Assembly (NCBI RefSeq): GCF_030684315.1
Contig: NC_081400.1
Span: 3,465,795-3,529,794, forward strand
Origin: Stegostoma tigrinum
Lineage: Eukaryota
Reading direction: 5' to 3'
DNA length: 64,000 nucleotides
The notes below the pieces were generated by a model. That model was not told the origin of the DNA. It did no database searches and saw only the letters and a list, made by a program, of their open reading frames with translations. The translations under genes were made by a program, and so were the position numbers. Shown here piece by piece: positions 34,590 through 47,001 of this stretch; position 1 is the first letter of the stretch; each line of letters starts with the position of its first letter.

Positions 34590-37320
34590 ACCGAGCGCAT
34601 GAAGATGCACGTGGGATTGATATATTATAGCCATTGCAGAAGCACGGCTAAGGAAAGGACAGGATAGCAGCTTAACGTGCCAGGGTACACAGATTTTCAC
34701 CGTGATGGGCGCAAATGTTATAAGGGAGGGCGAGTGGCATTTTTGATTCAGGGCCATATCACAGCAGTACTCCGAGATGAAATAACGGAGGGATCTTCTC
34801 AGTGAATGTTTGTGGGTGGAACAAAGAAATGAGAAGGGAATCGTGACCTTATTGGTGTTGTCCTATAGGCCCCCACATACTCAACAGGACTTAGAGGAAC
34901 AGAAATGCAGGGCAATTGGGGAGACTTGCAGGAGCAACAAGGTTGTCATAGTGGGGGATTTAATTTTTCTAATGTAAACTAGGACTGCCTTGGATCGGGG
35001 AGAATTTCTTATGTGTTTTTAGGAAAGTTTTTTTTCAAGCAGTGTATAGAGTTTCCTACTTGGGAATGGGGAATCTCGACTTACTTTTGGGAAATAGGGC
35101 AGGTCAGGTGGCTGAAGTGGCAGTGGGGGAGCACTTTGAGGCCAGTGACTAAAGATCTATTAATCTTAATATAGTTATGGAGAAGGACAAAATTGGTCCA
35201 CGGGTTCAAGTTCTAAATTTGGGCATTGAGAATTTTAGTGGAATTAGAGAGGACCTTTCAGGAGTCGGTAGGAGTAGTTTGCATGCAGGGAAAGACCACT
35301 GGCAAGTGATATTTCTTTAAAAGTATAATGGCTTTTGATCAAGGTCGATGTGTTCCTGAGAGGGGGAACAGCAAGGATGCCAAGAGTAGGGAATCCTGGA
35401 TGACAAGAAGCATTGAGACTTTGATCTAAAAATAGTTGGCAGCATGGCTCAGTTACCAGCAGCTGGGATCAAGCCGATGGCTGAAGGTACAGAGAAGACA
35501 CAGGAGTTTACTGAGGAAGGAAATTAGAAGGGCGAGAAAGGGCATGGTAGAGCTTTGGCTGAGAAGATTAGTGTGTATCAAAAGATGTTCTTCAAGTATA
35601 TTAGGTGAATAAAAACTAGAGAGAGAATATGGCACTTCAAGGACCAATGTTGAAATGTATGTGTGGAGCCACAGGAAATGGTTGTTGTCCTCAATGAATA
35701 TTTATCCTCTGGGTTTCCTGTGGATAACGGCATGAAGACTTGGGTACTTGGGGAAGTCAGTGGCGATATCTTGAGGACAGTCTGTATTAGAGTTGAATAG
35801 GTGTTGGAAGTGTTAGAATATGGATAAAGCTCCTGGTCCTAGTCAGATATTTCCAAGAGTCCCACAGAATGCCAGCAAAGCAATTACAGGGGCCCTGGCC
35901 GACACATTTGCAGCATTCTCAGCCACGGGCAAAGTTTCAAAATGCAGGCTGGTAGCAAATGTTGTGCCCTTATTCAGGGAGGGCTGTAAAGAAAATTCCT
36001 GGGAATTATACACCAGTAAGTCTGACATCTGTAGTCAGAAAGTTATTTGAGAAGATTCTAAAAGATAAAATATACATTAGTTTGTAAAGGCAGGGTTTGA
36101 TTTGGACTGGTCAGCATGGTTTCTTGAGTGGGAGGCCATGCCACAAACTTGTGAGAGGTCTTTGATGAAGTAATCAAGAAGATTGATAGAGGCATGTCTG
36201 TAAACATAGTCTGTATCAATTTCAGTGAGGCCTTTGATAAGTTGCCACACAGTAAGCTGTTCTGGAAGGTCAGATTGGATGGAATCCAATGAGAACAGTC
36301 AAATTGGATACACAATCAGCTTGATTGTAGGAAGCAGACAGTAACAGTGGAAGGATGCATGTCAGACTGGAGGCCTGTGAGTTGTTCTGTTCCTCAGGGA
36401 TCGGTGCTGTTCCCATTGCTTTTTTTTACCAATATCAATGATTTATATGAGAATGTTCAAGGCATGATTGGTAAGTTTGCGGATGACACTAAAATAGACA
36501 GTGAGGAAGGTTATCAGAAATTACAGCAGCAGCCTTGATCAGCTGGGGAAGTGGTCAGCGAAATGACAAGTGTGAGGTGTTGCATCTTGAAAAGTCAAAT
36601 CAAGGTAGAAGTTTCATGCTGAATGTTAGGGCCTGAAGCAGTGTAATGGAAGACAGGGACCTTTCAGTTCAAGTACACCGTTCTCTGAGAGTAGATTCAC
36701 TTGGTTGACAGGAAATTAAGGTTTTTGGCACACTGGCCTTCATCAATTAGGGCATTGTGAGCAGTAGTTGCGAAGTTATGTTGCAGTTGCTCAGTTCATT
36801 GGTGAGGCTGCACTTGGAGTACTGTGTTCATTTTTGGTCACCTTGTTATAGGAAGGATGCTATTAAACTGGAAAGAGTGCAGAAGAAATTTAGATGGGTG
36901 CTGCCAGAAGGACAAGCTAGGATTATTTTTTTAGAGCATAGGAGACTGAAAGAGTATTCTGTAGACATTTGTAAGATCATGGGATGCAAGGATAGGGTGA
37001 ATGCACTCAGCCTTTCACCCAGGGCTGGGGAATCGAGGACTGGAGAGCATCAGTTGAAATGAAAAAGGGAAATAATTCATAGGAATCTGAGGGCCAACGT
37101 TTTTACACAGAGGATGGTGCGTATATGGATTGAGCAGTCAGTGGAGTAGGCTGAGGCGGGTAAATTAACAACATTTAAAAGGCCTTGGGTGAATAGATGA
37201 AAAGAAAGGTTTAGAAGGATATGGGCCAAGTTCAGGGAAATAGGGTTAGTGTGGCCTGTCATTTTGTTTGGTCTGAACCAATTTTGGCCGAAGTATGTTC
37301 TCCATCCTGTGGGACTCTGT
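34590..37320 (+). mobile_element. Degenerate CR1 LINE (endonuclease to 3' end)
   Basis: YRPP and DKAPGP motifs, VPQGSVLFPLLF, KFADDTK, VRLHLEYCVHFWSP. Confidence 0.9.
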
Positions 37321-39016
37321 GGCATTGTGCTTCTGCTCGTTTTGGGGATCGGGAAGATGACAGAGAAACATGGGGCGGGTGTCAGTTGCTGAAGGATGTT
37401 ACAGAGAGGAGGTTTTCAGGATTGCAGTATACCGTATAGCAATGGAGGGGTATATTGGGTAGAGGAGGATATAGCCTTAGCGACTGTTGTAGGAGTGGAG
37501 GAAATGAGAAGGATAAGTATGGTTGAAGTGATGGAGTGTGTTACAGAGATCGAGAGAGGTTTAGGCGCCGGAGGATGTGACAGAGATTGGGAGGGGAATA
37601 GGTCTGTGGGAGGTGATAGTGGAGAGTGTGCGGTAAGAGCTGGAGGGGTTTACAATGATAAGGAGGTGTGTGTGACCTAGAAGAGGTGGCAGAGAAAAGG
37701 AAGTGGAAGGGGCTGGAGGAGGTGACAGTGATTGGGAGATGTTTTGATGCTGGAAGGATTTGGAGACATCGGGAGGATTTTAGGTCTGGAGGAGATAACA
37801 GAAATAGGGATAGGTGTGAGGACTTCAGGAAGCTACAGACAGGCGAAGGGATTCGAGGCCGGAGGAACTGAAAGAGATCGGAAGTGCATAGAGCCTATCT
37901 GAGAAGGAGGCACACAGAGGCTGGAGGAGTTAAACAAAATTAGGCAGGCGCTTAGGAGCTCGTGGAAGTTAAAGAGGTGATGAGTGGTGTAGGGCTGAAC
38001 TTGCTAACAGAGGTAGGGAGATTTGTAGAGACTGGAATAAGTGACAGAGATAGGGAGGGGTGTAGATGTTGCAGGAAGTGACAGAATTAAGTAGGGTTGT
38101 GGGGTTTGGATTTGCTTGCAGAAATTGTAAGGGGTATTGGGTTGGTTAAAAGACTTAAAAGTGGTAAGGTGTGTTGCAGCATCTCAGGTCTGGAGGAAGT
38201 CACAGCAATGCAATGTGTTATAGGGAGCTGAGGTGCTCAGAGAGATGGGAGTGTAGATGCTGGAGGAATTGCCAGAAATAGGAAGGAATCTATGACCTGG
38301 AGGCAATGGCAGAAATAGAGAAGGGTCTGAGAACTGGGGGAGTGTATAAAGATAGGGTGCAATATAGGGACTTAAAAAGTTGACAGATATACAAAATGGT
38401 GAAGCGTCTGGAGGAGGTTAAAGAGCTAGCTAAGTGTGTAGGTCTAGGGTTGCTTCCAGAGAAAAGGAAATGTACAGGAAATGGAATAGGTGACAGATAT
38501 ATGGAGGGGTGTAGGGACTGGAGGACTTTGCAGGTATATAGAGAGATGTCGATGCAGGAGGAGTTGAAAGAGATCGGGAGGGGTGATGGACTGGATGAAG
38601 ATACCGAGATAGAGAGGAGTGTTTGGTCAGAGTTGCTGATAATGATAGAGCGAGGTGCAGGGACTGATGTTAAGACAGAGATAAGGAGTGGTGTAGGGGC
38701 TGAGTGAGTTAACAAGATAAGAAGTGATGTCACAATGAAAAAGAGGGATGTAAACGGTGAAGGTGGTTACAAAGATAACGAGTTGTGTAGGCCCTGGAGA
38801 CTGTTACAGAAATAAGGAAGGATGTTGGGGCTGGAATTGTCAACAGAGGTGGGAAGGGGTGAAGGAGTTGGAGTGTGTGGCAGCTATACAGATGGATGTA
38901 TGGACTACAGGAGATTATAGAGATAGGGAGGGGTGCTGAAGATGGAAACGATGAGAGTGATCAGAAATGATCTAGGGGCTGGTGGAGATGATATAAATAA
39001 GGAAGACTATAGGGAT

Positions 39017-39071
39017 CAGAGATAATGGGAACTGCAGATGCTGGAGAATTCCAAGATCATAAAAGATCATA
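39017..39071. mobile_element. Penelope-type micro-insertion with 14-bp TSD
   Basis: Matches the start of the 17032 element; TSD AAGACTATAGGGAT at 39003-39016 and 39072-39085. Confidence 0.8.
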
Positions 39072-40010
39072 AAGACTATAGGGATGGCTGGGAGTTGCAC
39101 AGGTCTGGATGTTTGTAGTGGCTGGAAAAGTTTACAGAGGCAAAGAACATTTCAGGTGCTGTGAGGAGGTGACAGAAATAAAGAATGTTACAGGGTCTTG
39201 AGCAGTTTATAGAGTTAAGGAGGCGCTGGAGTAGATGACAGAGATAAGGAGGATTCTATATGCTGTTGTAGATGACAGAGATAGGGAGAGGTATCGGGAC
39301 TGGAAGTTGTGAAATCGATCAGGAGGGTTGTAAGGATGGAGGGTGTAGTAGTGATATGGAGGGGTGTAAGCATTGGAGGAGGTTACACATATAGTGATTG
39401 TTATAAGTGCTGGAGGGGGTAACTGAGTTGGGGAGGGTATTTATGGCTGGAGTTGATTGTAAATATAGGGAGAATTGCTGTGGATGGAGGGGATTAGATA
39501 AGTATGGAGAGGTGTAGAGTCTGGTGGAGCTATCAGGGAAGGAGTATAGGCTTCTTAGGTGGTTACAGAAATCTGAACGGGTGTAGAGTCTGGTGGCTTT
39601 GACAGTAATAGGTGTCCAGGAAATGGCAGAGATATGGAAATGTGTAGGAACTGGGGAATGCTATGGTTATAGGGTGATATATAGGGACTGGAGGAGGTGG
39701 CAGAGATGAGGAGCTGTTAAAGGGCTGGAAGTGGTTAAAGAAATAAGGAGTGATCTCGGGGATGGAGATATTTACACTGATAGGGAGAGATTCAGTGACT
39801 GGTAGATTTTATGCTGAAACGTTTGGGCTACAGGCACTAAGGGAGGTTATAAAGACAGGGTGTAGTGTAGGCTACATACAAGGGGAAGAGGTCAGGAACT
39901 GGAATAGTTTCAGAGATAGGGAGGGATGGAGGAGTTTACAGACATTAAGGCGAGCATTCGTGCTGATTGGAGATTTCTGGGGAACGGTATTGGAACCAGA
40001 CACGGTTACA

Positions 40011-40071
40011 TTTTTGTGCTCCTAAGATGCTGCTTGGCCTGCTGTGTTCATGCAGCTCCACACTTTGTTAT
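40011..40071. mobile_element. Penelope-type micro-insertion with 10-bp TSD
   Basis: Matches the right arm of the 17032 element; TSD CACGGTTACA at 40001-40010 and 40072-40081. Confidence 0.8.
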
Positions 40072-41139
40072 CACGGTTACACTGATAATCACTGGAGATA
40101 TTATCAGGACTACTGAGGAATTGAGGGTCTGGAGGAAGTGGCAGAGATAGCAAAGGATGTTGGAAATGGAGAAGGGTATAGACATATGATGGCATATATG
40201 GATTGGAGTAAGTGACATGTTGGGAAGGAATTAGATGCTAAACATGATTACGGAGTAAGAGGGTGGTTCAGGTACTGTTGGAGGATATGGTGATTAGGTG
40301 GCATATCATGACTGGAGGAGGTACCAGAGGTTTGGAGAAAGACTGGAGCTGGAAAAGGTTCAAGACACAGGGAGTAGCATAAGGTCTGGAGGCGGTTGCA
40401 GAGATTTCAAGCCGCATAGGGCCTGGAGGATGTACCAGAGCTGGGGAGTGGTGTTGGAACTTGTGGATTGGATAGGGTGGGATGTAGGGAATGGAGGAGC
40501 TTGTAGAGATAGGGAGGGATGTATGAGTTTGAGGGAGTTACGGGGAGAAGAACATCTGTATGGGGTGAAGGAAGACATAGAGACAGTGAGGAGAGTAGGG
40601 GCTGAAAAAAGTGACAGGTAGGCAGGAATGTCGGGGACGAGAGGAATTGCAGAGAAAGGAAGGGGAGTAGAGGCCTGAGGATGAGTCTAAGTTAAGGAGA
40701 CGGTTATAGAGAGAGGTTACGTGTGTCAAGTCTGTGAAAGATAAGAGAGGGAGGGAGTGGTGTTTTTTTTCAGAGAACGCTACAGAAATATGAAGGAGTG
40801 TTGTGGATGGAGGGAATGGCGCAGATATGGAGGGTTTTAGGTGTTGGGCAAGCTAAGACAGGAAAGGTACAGGGACCTGAAGTAGTTACACTGAAAAGGA
40901 AGGCTATAAACATTGACATTAATAGTGAGGAATTTCGGGTCTGGAAGACGTGGCAGAGATAGGGAAGGGTAATGAAACCTGAGCAGAGTATAGAGGGGTT
41001 TGAGCGGGTGACAGAGATGGTGAGGGGTTCATGGGCTGAAGCACTTCACAGAGATTCGAATTGTTTGGAGGAGTGCATGGTGATTCTGTGGGATATAGGG
41101 ACTGGAGGAGGTTACAGGGATAGGGTTGGAGGATTGAAA

Positions 41140-42016
41140 GCTGGTGTGAGATCTGGCGGAACCCTGGCGTGTTTGGGAACGGGAGTGAAATGGAGAATGA
41201 AAGACTGCAGGAGATAAACAGCAGGAGTCCATTTCAATTATTTCGAGTGTCTTATGCCCTTATTTGTGTAAATGTTTGACATATTTGAGAAGATGAGGGT
41301 TTGATGGAGCCTCTGAATTTTCCCTCCTGCATGTGGGTGAAGCCTCCTGCCTGTGTGAGGTTTTGAAGCTGACAACTGATTGTGGGGCTGCTGCTAATCG
41401 CTCAGTGATCAGAGAGGTTTCAGTTCCACTGCTAATATGACCCTCCCCTTCCCCTCCATCTGGAGCGAATGACCGCACCATCTGCAGCCCCGTCACAAAC
41501 AGGCCAAATACAGCATCACTTCTGCTCTCAGAAGCTAAAATGAGGCACGTGAAACACCACTCAGCTCCCCCGAGGGTGAGGTCAGGAGACAACGCTGCAT
41601 TGAGGGCCGACACAGAGTCAGACTAAGATCCAGCTCTCAAACAATGTGAATCATCATTGGAGTGGCTTTTAATGGACAGATGAAGTGTTGTTCCTGCCTC
41701 CAGCTTTTAAAGGAACAAGCCTCAAAGAACAAGGGAAGACTCCAATTGAGAGAGATGAGGCCATTCAGCCTTCCACCTTGCTCTGCCTTTCCCACCATAC
41801 CACTTTCATTCACCATGTACATCGATTCAGTCAGTGCACAAAATTCGAAACTTCAGTCTTCCATAGACATAGTGGATGCTACAGATTCATCAACATCTGA
41901 GCTACATAACTTCTCTTCATCAAAGTAAAACTTATTTTGTTCCTATCCAGCCTTTTCAGAAATTTCCTATTTTTCTATCCTTCCAGCCAAATTGAACAAA
42001 TCCACATTTCCCAAAT
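41140..42016. other. Conserved upstream block, copy B
   Basis: High identity to 4871-5747; homology stops abruptly at CAAAT (42016). Confidence 0.85.
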
Positions 42017-42018
42017 CC

Positions 42019-42303
42019 CAGAGAAGGAGCGGGAGCAGTGGAGGAAGTGACGAGGACCAGAGGGGCAGCCGGGAAGGAAAGCAGTGAGTATAAATACTCA
42101 CCCTTCGACGCCAACGGCCATTTTGAGTGCGAGCAGCAGCAGAGGTAAGACGGACCCGGAAGACTGCAGCTAAGGTAAAGCAGTTTATTTTTAAAATTAC
42201 TTACCGGTAGCGGGCAGCGGTGTTTTTCCTCTTTCAGAGAAGGAGCGGGAGCAGCGGAGGAAGTGACGAGGACCAGAGGGGCAGCCGGGATGGAAAGCAG
42301 TGA
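42019..42303 (+). promoter_or_regulatory. 285-bp GC-rich insert with 69-bp terminal direct repeats, probably a retroelement 5'UTR/promoter fragment
   Basis: Repeats at 42019-42087 and 42235-42303, each with GAGGAAGTGACG; TATAAATA at 42089; CGGCCATTTT (YY1-like) at 42115. Confidence 0.5.
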
Positions 42304-42500
42304 CCATATATATCAGCAAGGCTGATTCCAGATGGAACCCTGCGTCATCATGGATCTCAGATGAGAGGGCTTTGTGAATCTCTCTCTAAACTCCAGATAC
42401 GCCTGTCTCTCATTTACCTCCCTCTGAGAAAGGCAAAATGTGGAGAAGGACATATTGCTGATTTTTTTTCTCTCTTTTCCCACTTTTTAACTGTCGATTG

Positions 42501-42539
42501 AGTTCTTGGTGAGCCATGCCATTGCAACGTCTCTCTATG
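42501..42539 (+). promoter_or_regulatory. Decayed 23-bp-spacer recombination signal sequence 5' of J
   Basis: Nonamer AGTTCTTGG (6/9 to GGTTTTTGT), exactly 23 bp, then heptamer CTCTATG (5/7 to CACTGTG) abutting J. Confidence 0.7.
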
Positions 42540-42577
42540 ATCGATCTTCGGAGGTGGTACCACGTTGACTGTTCGGA
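42540..42577 (+). pseudogene. Unjoined IgL J segment (SIFGGGTTLTVR)
   Basis: FGXG motif; homologous to 7167-7200; weakened donor A|GTTAGC; no V upstream in this unit. Confidence 0.9.
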
Positions 42578-42689
42578 GTTAGCGATTTTTTTTTCTCTAC
42601 CATTCAGATTAGATCAATTTTTGTTTGTTCAAGTCGATTCCATTCTCCGAATTTTGGAAAATCATGATGTAATGCATTTGCAAACAATC

Positions 42690-44200
42690 TAACTCACACA
42701 CACAAGTCAGAGTGTTATATTAACAATTTTCTCACTCAGTCACTCAATTACTCAGTCACTGACTCAGCCACCCACTCACTTACTCACATAGTCACAAAGG
42801 TAACAGATTATTTATGTTGGTAATTCTCGCACAGACAATTGCAGGTTTGTGTCTTGCTCTGGATTTTTCTCTCGCTTTCTCAGCGATACACGCAAGTTAT
42901 GGTGTTACTTGTATTATCAATTCTCACACACACAGACACACAGGGCAGATAGACTACGTCATTAATTCTCTCAAATCAGTGTTCTCTGTCTCTCACAGGA
43001 GCACTCAGACCAGAGTTTTATTGATATCAATTATTCTCTCTCTTCCTCTCCCTCTTTCTCACACTCATAGGTCAGTGCTATATTAACGACTCTCTCTCTC
43101 TCTCGCGCGCGCGCGCACACACACACACACTGGCACAGTGTATGTTATTTATCTTAACAATTCTATCTCTCCCTGTCACACCCAAAGGTTGGAGTTTATG
43201 GCAAGAATTCTCTCTCACACACTCACAGGTCATTGTAATATGAATAATTCCCTCTGTCACACAGATGTCGGCGTGTGATTTATATTAATAATTATTTCTG
43301 TCACTAACACACCTGCCAGTGATTCTAACAATAATTGTCACATTTGCACGTCAGATTTCCTTTCATAGTTTTGTCTCTCACTTAAGCACAAAACACGCAC
43401 AAGTCAGGGATTATATCAATAATTTCTTCTCTCACAAGCAGGTCAGGGTGTTTTATATAGATAAATAATCCTGTCTCTCTCAGACGCACATAAGTCAGTG
43501 TATAATTTATATTAATATTTCTCTCTTTCACATGAGTATAAATAGACCTGAGAATACATCAATAATTCTCTCATACGTCGAGGTCTGTGATGCATTAATT
43601 ATTCTCTTTCTCACCCACACAGGTCAGAGATTATAACAATAATTCTCTCATATTCTCATAGATTTACATTAATAATTCTCTCCCACACAAATACACACAT
43701 CAGATATTATATCAATAATTCTCTCCCTCACAAAATGATCAGTGTTACATTATGTTCTGTCTTTCACACAGACAGCCGCAGAGTCAGTGTGTTTTGTATA
43801 TATTAACAATTCTCTTGGTCTCTCTTCCCCTCTCTCATGCACACTGGTCATTGTGATATTGATATTAATAATTTACTCTTTCATGCAAACATATATAGAC
43901 CAGAGCTTATCAATAATTCTCTCTCACAGCTGCAGGCTAGTATTGCATTCATGATCTCCCTCTCTCAAACAAAGACATAGCTGTCAGAGTTTTATTTATA
44001 TGAATAACTCTCTCTCTCTCTAACACAGGCACTTACAAAAAGGTCAGTGTGTAATGCAAGTTTATAATTCTCTCTCACACATGCAGATATTATAACTATA
44101 ATTCTGTCTCACAAATTCACAAGTCAGCATTACATGAATAATCTCTCTGACACAAACACATAGTGGTCTTTATATTACTAATTCTCTGTCTCTAGCGTGA

Positions 44201-44278
<78 letters not shown>

Positions 44279-44847
44279 CAGGCAGTATATATTGCACGCA
44301 CCCCTGGAATGCCCTCCCAAGTGGACTCGTGGACGGCAGCATTTCAAGAAAGAAGCTCACTAATCTTTCTCGAGGGCAACAAGGGTTTGGCAATAAATGC
44401 TGGCCACCTCAATAATTCCTACAAAGATGGGTGGAATAGTTGTATTATTAGATCTCTTACTCTCTCACACACACACATACAGGTCAACATGTTATTTTAC
44501 CTCCATGATTCTCCCGGTCTTTCTTTCTGTTTCTCACACGCTTGAGGACACTGTCTGTTATGTATAGGAATAAGTCCACTCTGCTCTTTGTCCCTCCCAC
44601 ACACACTCACAAGTCAGAGGGTAAGACATTAATAATTCTCTCTGTCACGCATAATGATGCAGAAAATCACAGTGTTATATATTTATAATTTTCGGCCTCT
44701 GTCCCTCACAGACACAGTTCAGAGTCTTTTATTAGTAATTTTCCTTCACACACACAGTTCAGAGTGTTTTTTTTTTCATATTCATGCATATAATTCTCTC
44801 TCTTTTTCTCTCTCTATATGTATCTCTCTCTCTTTCCACCCACACAG
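42690..44847 (+). repeat. J-C intron minisatellite, cluster B, with (CA)n at 44204-44276
   Basis: Same unit as 7370-10021. Confidence 0.8.
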
Positions 44848-45158
44848 GTAGTGATGATCGGAAACCATCTGTACTTCTGCTCCCACCTTCCCCAGAACAA
44901 ATCGACACGGGATCAGCCACTCTGTCCTGTCTGGTGAGTCGCTTTAAGCCGGGTTTCGTGCAGGTCCTCTGGAGTGTGAATGGGAAAGAGACAGGCAGCG
45001 GAGTGACCACAAGCGTGGTGTGCCCAGACAATGATCAAAGCTACAGCCTGACAGTCCCGGCCACTGACTGGAAGAAAGGCTCCAGATATTCCTGCAGTGT
45101 GAGGCACAGATCACTAACTTCGCCTCTCCTCAACACCATCAGCTCCAGCGACTGTTAG
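44848..45158 (+). pseudogene. IgL constant exon, cluster B (12-bp in-frame deletion)
   Basis: About 94% identical to 10022-10344 (19 substitutions counted by hand); SYSL[SSYL]TV lacks 4 aa; extra Cys (VCPD); HGS changed to HRS. Confidence 0.9.
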
Positions 45159-45444
45159 CTCTGAGGCATTCAATGTCGTGGCTAGGTCACTGTGTGCCAG
45201 GTAGAATTTTATTGTTTGTTTTTGTTGTGCAATGTGATAATTGCAGCACATCAGTATTTGGCGTTCAATCTGAATATTGATAGATATCAGGTGCGGGTGA
45301 AATAATTGTTTTGCTTGGAGAGTGGGGATTTCCTACTATAATTGTCCTCTGGATGTTTTGTGTTAACTCTCATTCTGGTTAGAATGGGGAACGATCGTCC
45401 CCCCACAATGTTGCACTGGTGAACTTTGCATAAACACAGCGCTG

Positions 45445-45450
45445 AATAAA
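45445..45450 (+). terminator. Poly(A) signal AATAAA, cluster B
   Basis: Canonical hexamer about 290 nt after the C stop codon. Confidence 0.6.
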
Positions 45451-47001
45451 TATGAGATAATACCACAAATTACTGTCCATCATTATTAAACACGGGAAGG
45501 GGCTCAGAAAGGCTTGGCAGTATATAATTTACAACTGTGACAATTTTAAACAGAATGGTGTCAAATGATGACAAGGGAATATACATCAATAATGTCTACC
45601 ACAACCACTCCTTGTAAGAATCAGTACCCCATTCTCCCCACACCACTCAGGAACAAGTCTCCAATTTTCCCCTACTCCCCTCAGGTGTGCACCCCCAGTC
45701 TCTTCCACTGCCAATGGAAGTGAGACTTCTATTCTCCCCTCCTCCCCATGGGAGTGAGTCTCCCATTCTCCCCTGTCCCCATGGTGCTAATCTAAATAAT
45801 TTTCCTGCCTAGGGACGTTTCGCCTTGATTTCAAATTAAATTTATCGGTCATGTTAATCAACTTTAGTTTTGTTTATGACTGAAACAGCACTTTCTCCTC
45901 TATTGAGCTTCAGAATTTTAAACAATCAGGTAATTTCCCTTGGCTCACTATTTTCCAGAGAGGAGTATCCCAGACTGGCCACTCTTCCCTGATTAGTCTA
46001 ACGTCCTAACTCTGTCACTGAACTTGTCAATGATAGCCTTTTCTGAGTGCCTCTGTAATTTGAACAGAATTGGATGCCCTGGGCTCTCTACCTTAGCGTG
46101 AACTAACTCACTGAGTAGATAGCGGGTGCAATGTCGACAACACACCCTGAACCGGGGACAGCACGCTCACTGTCATAAACAGGAAAGCTGCAGAGAGCTC
46201 TCTGTCTCAACTATGTTTCCGACTCCATACAATAACACTTCCAGACTTTGATCCCCACATAGAAGCCATTCATCCCACCCCTTGTACACACCAACAACAA
46301 GTTTCCAGTGAGACTTGACCCAATTCCACTTAATCTCAACATCTGCAGTGATGGGTGATGAGCTTTCTCTGGAGTTTGGGGACTGGTGGGTCATTGTCCT
46401 ATCCCATCTCATCTGGAGTGCGCTATCCCTTATCCCTCAGGGAAACTGGTGTACGATTTTGGCAGAGGCAGTTAGGGGAGACCTCGCCCACTGGATGGAT
46501 GGTCACTAACTAAATTGGGGAGGGAATGGTCTGTCGGGAATGAGAGGTTTTTATGACTCAGCAAGTCATTGTGATCTCGGACATCGCAAGTTGGAAGCAA
46601 ATTCAACAGGAACGTTTTACAAGGTGAGTTAGGAGAATTGTAGGCTTTTTGGGTGGACGGGCAGTGGGGAGGTGTGGTTTTGGGATATCCAGATCAGTCC
46701 TTCAGTCACAGTCTCATCTAACAGCAGATGGAGGTTATACCAGATCTGTGTTTTCACAACCCCAGATTACTTTGTGCACCATCAGTGCTCACGTGGTGTT
46801 GGGGTATCACAGTCAACACTCTCCTCCCACTACTTCCTAGATATCTTTCAAGAATCAAGGATGAATTGCTGCTTGTTTGCTAACATGGGCCTGAGAAAAT
46901 CTCGCTGGCAACGGAGTCACTTAGTATTCAAATGTGCTGTCGTTACATTTTAAAAGGCTTTCCCAACTAAAAGCTGCAACTTCAATCTAAGCAGATGAGA
47001 T

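Larger units (their letters stand above)
37330..41140. repeat. G-rich ~37-bp satellite, copy B
   Basis: Colinear with 1244-4870. Confidence 0.85.

Noticed and set aside
42690-44847. CRISPR-like repeat/spacer array
   Set aside because: Vertebrate DNA with degenerate units, no unique spacers and no cas genes.
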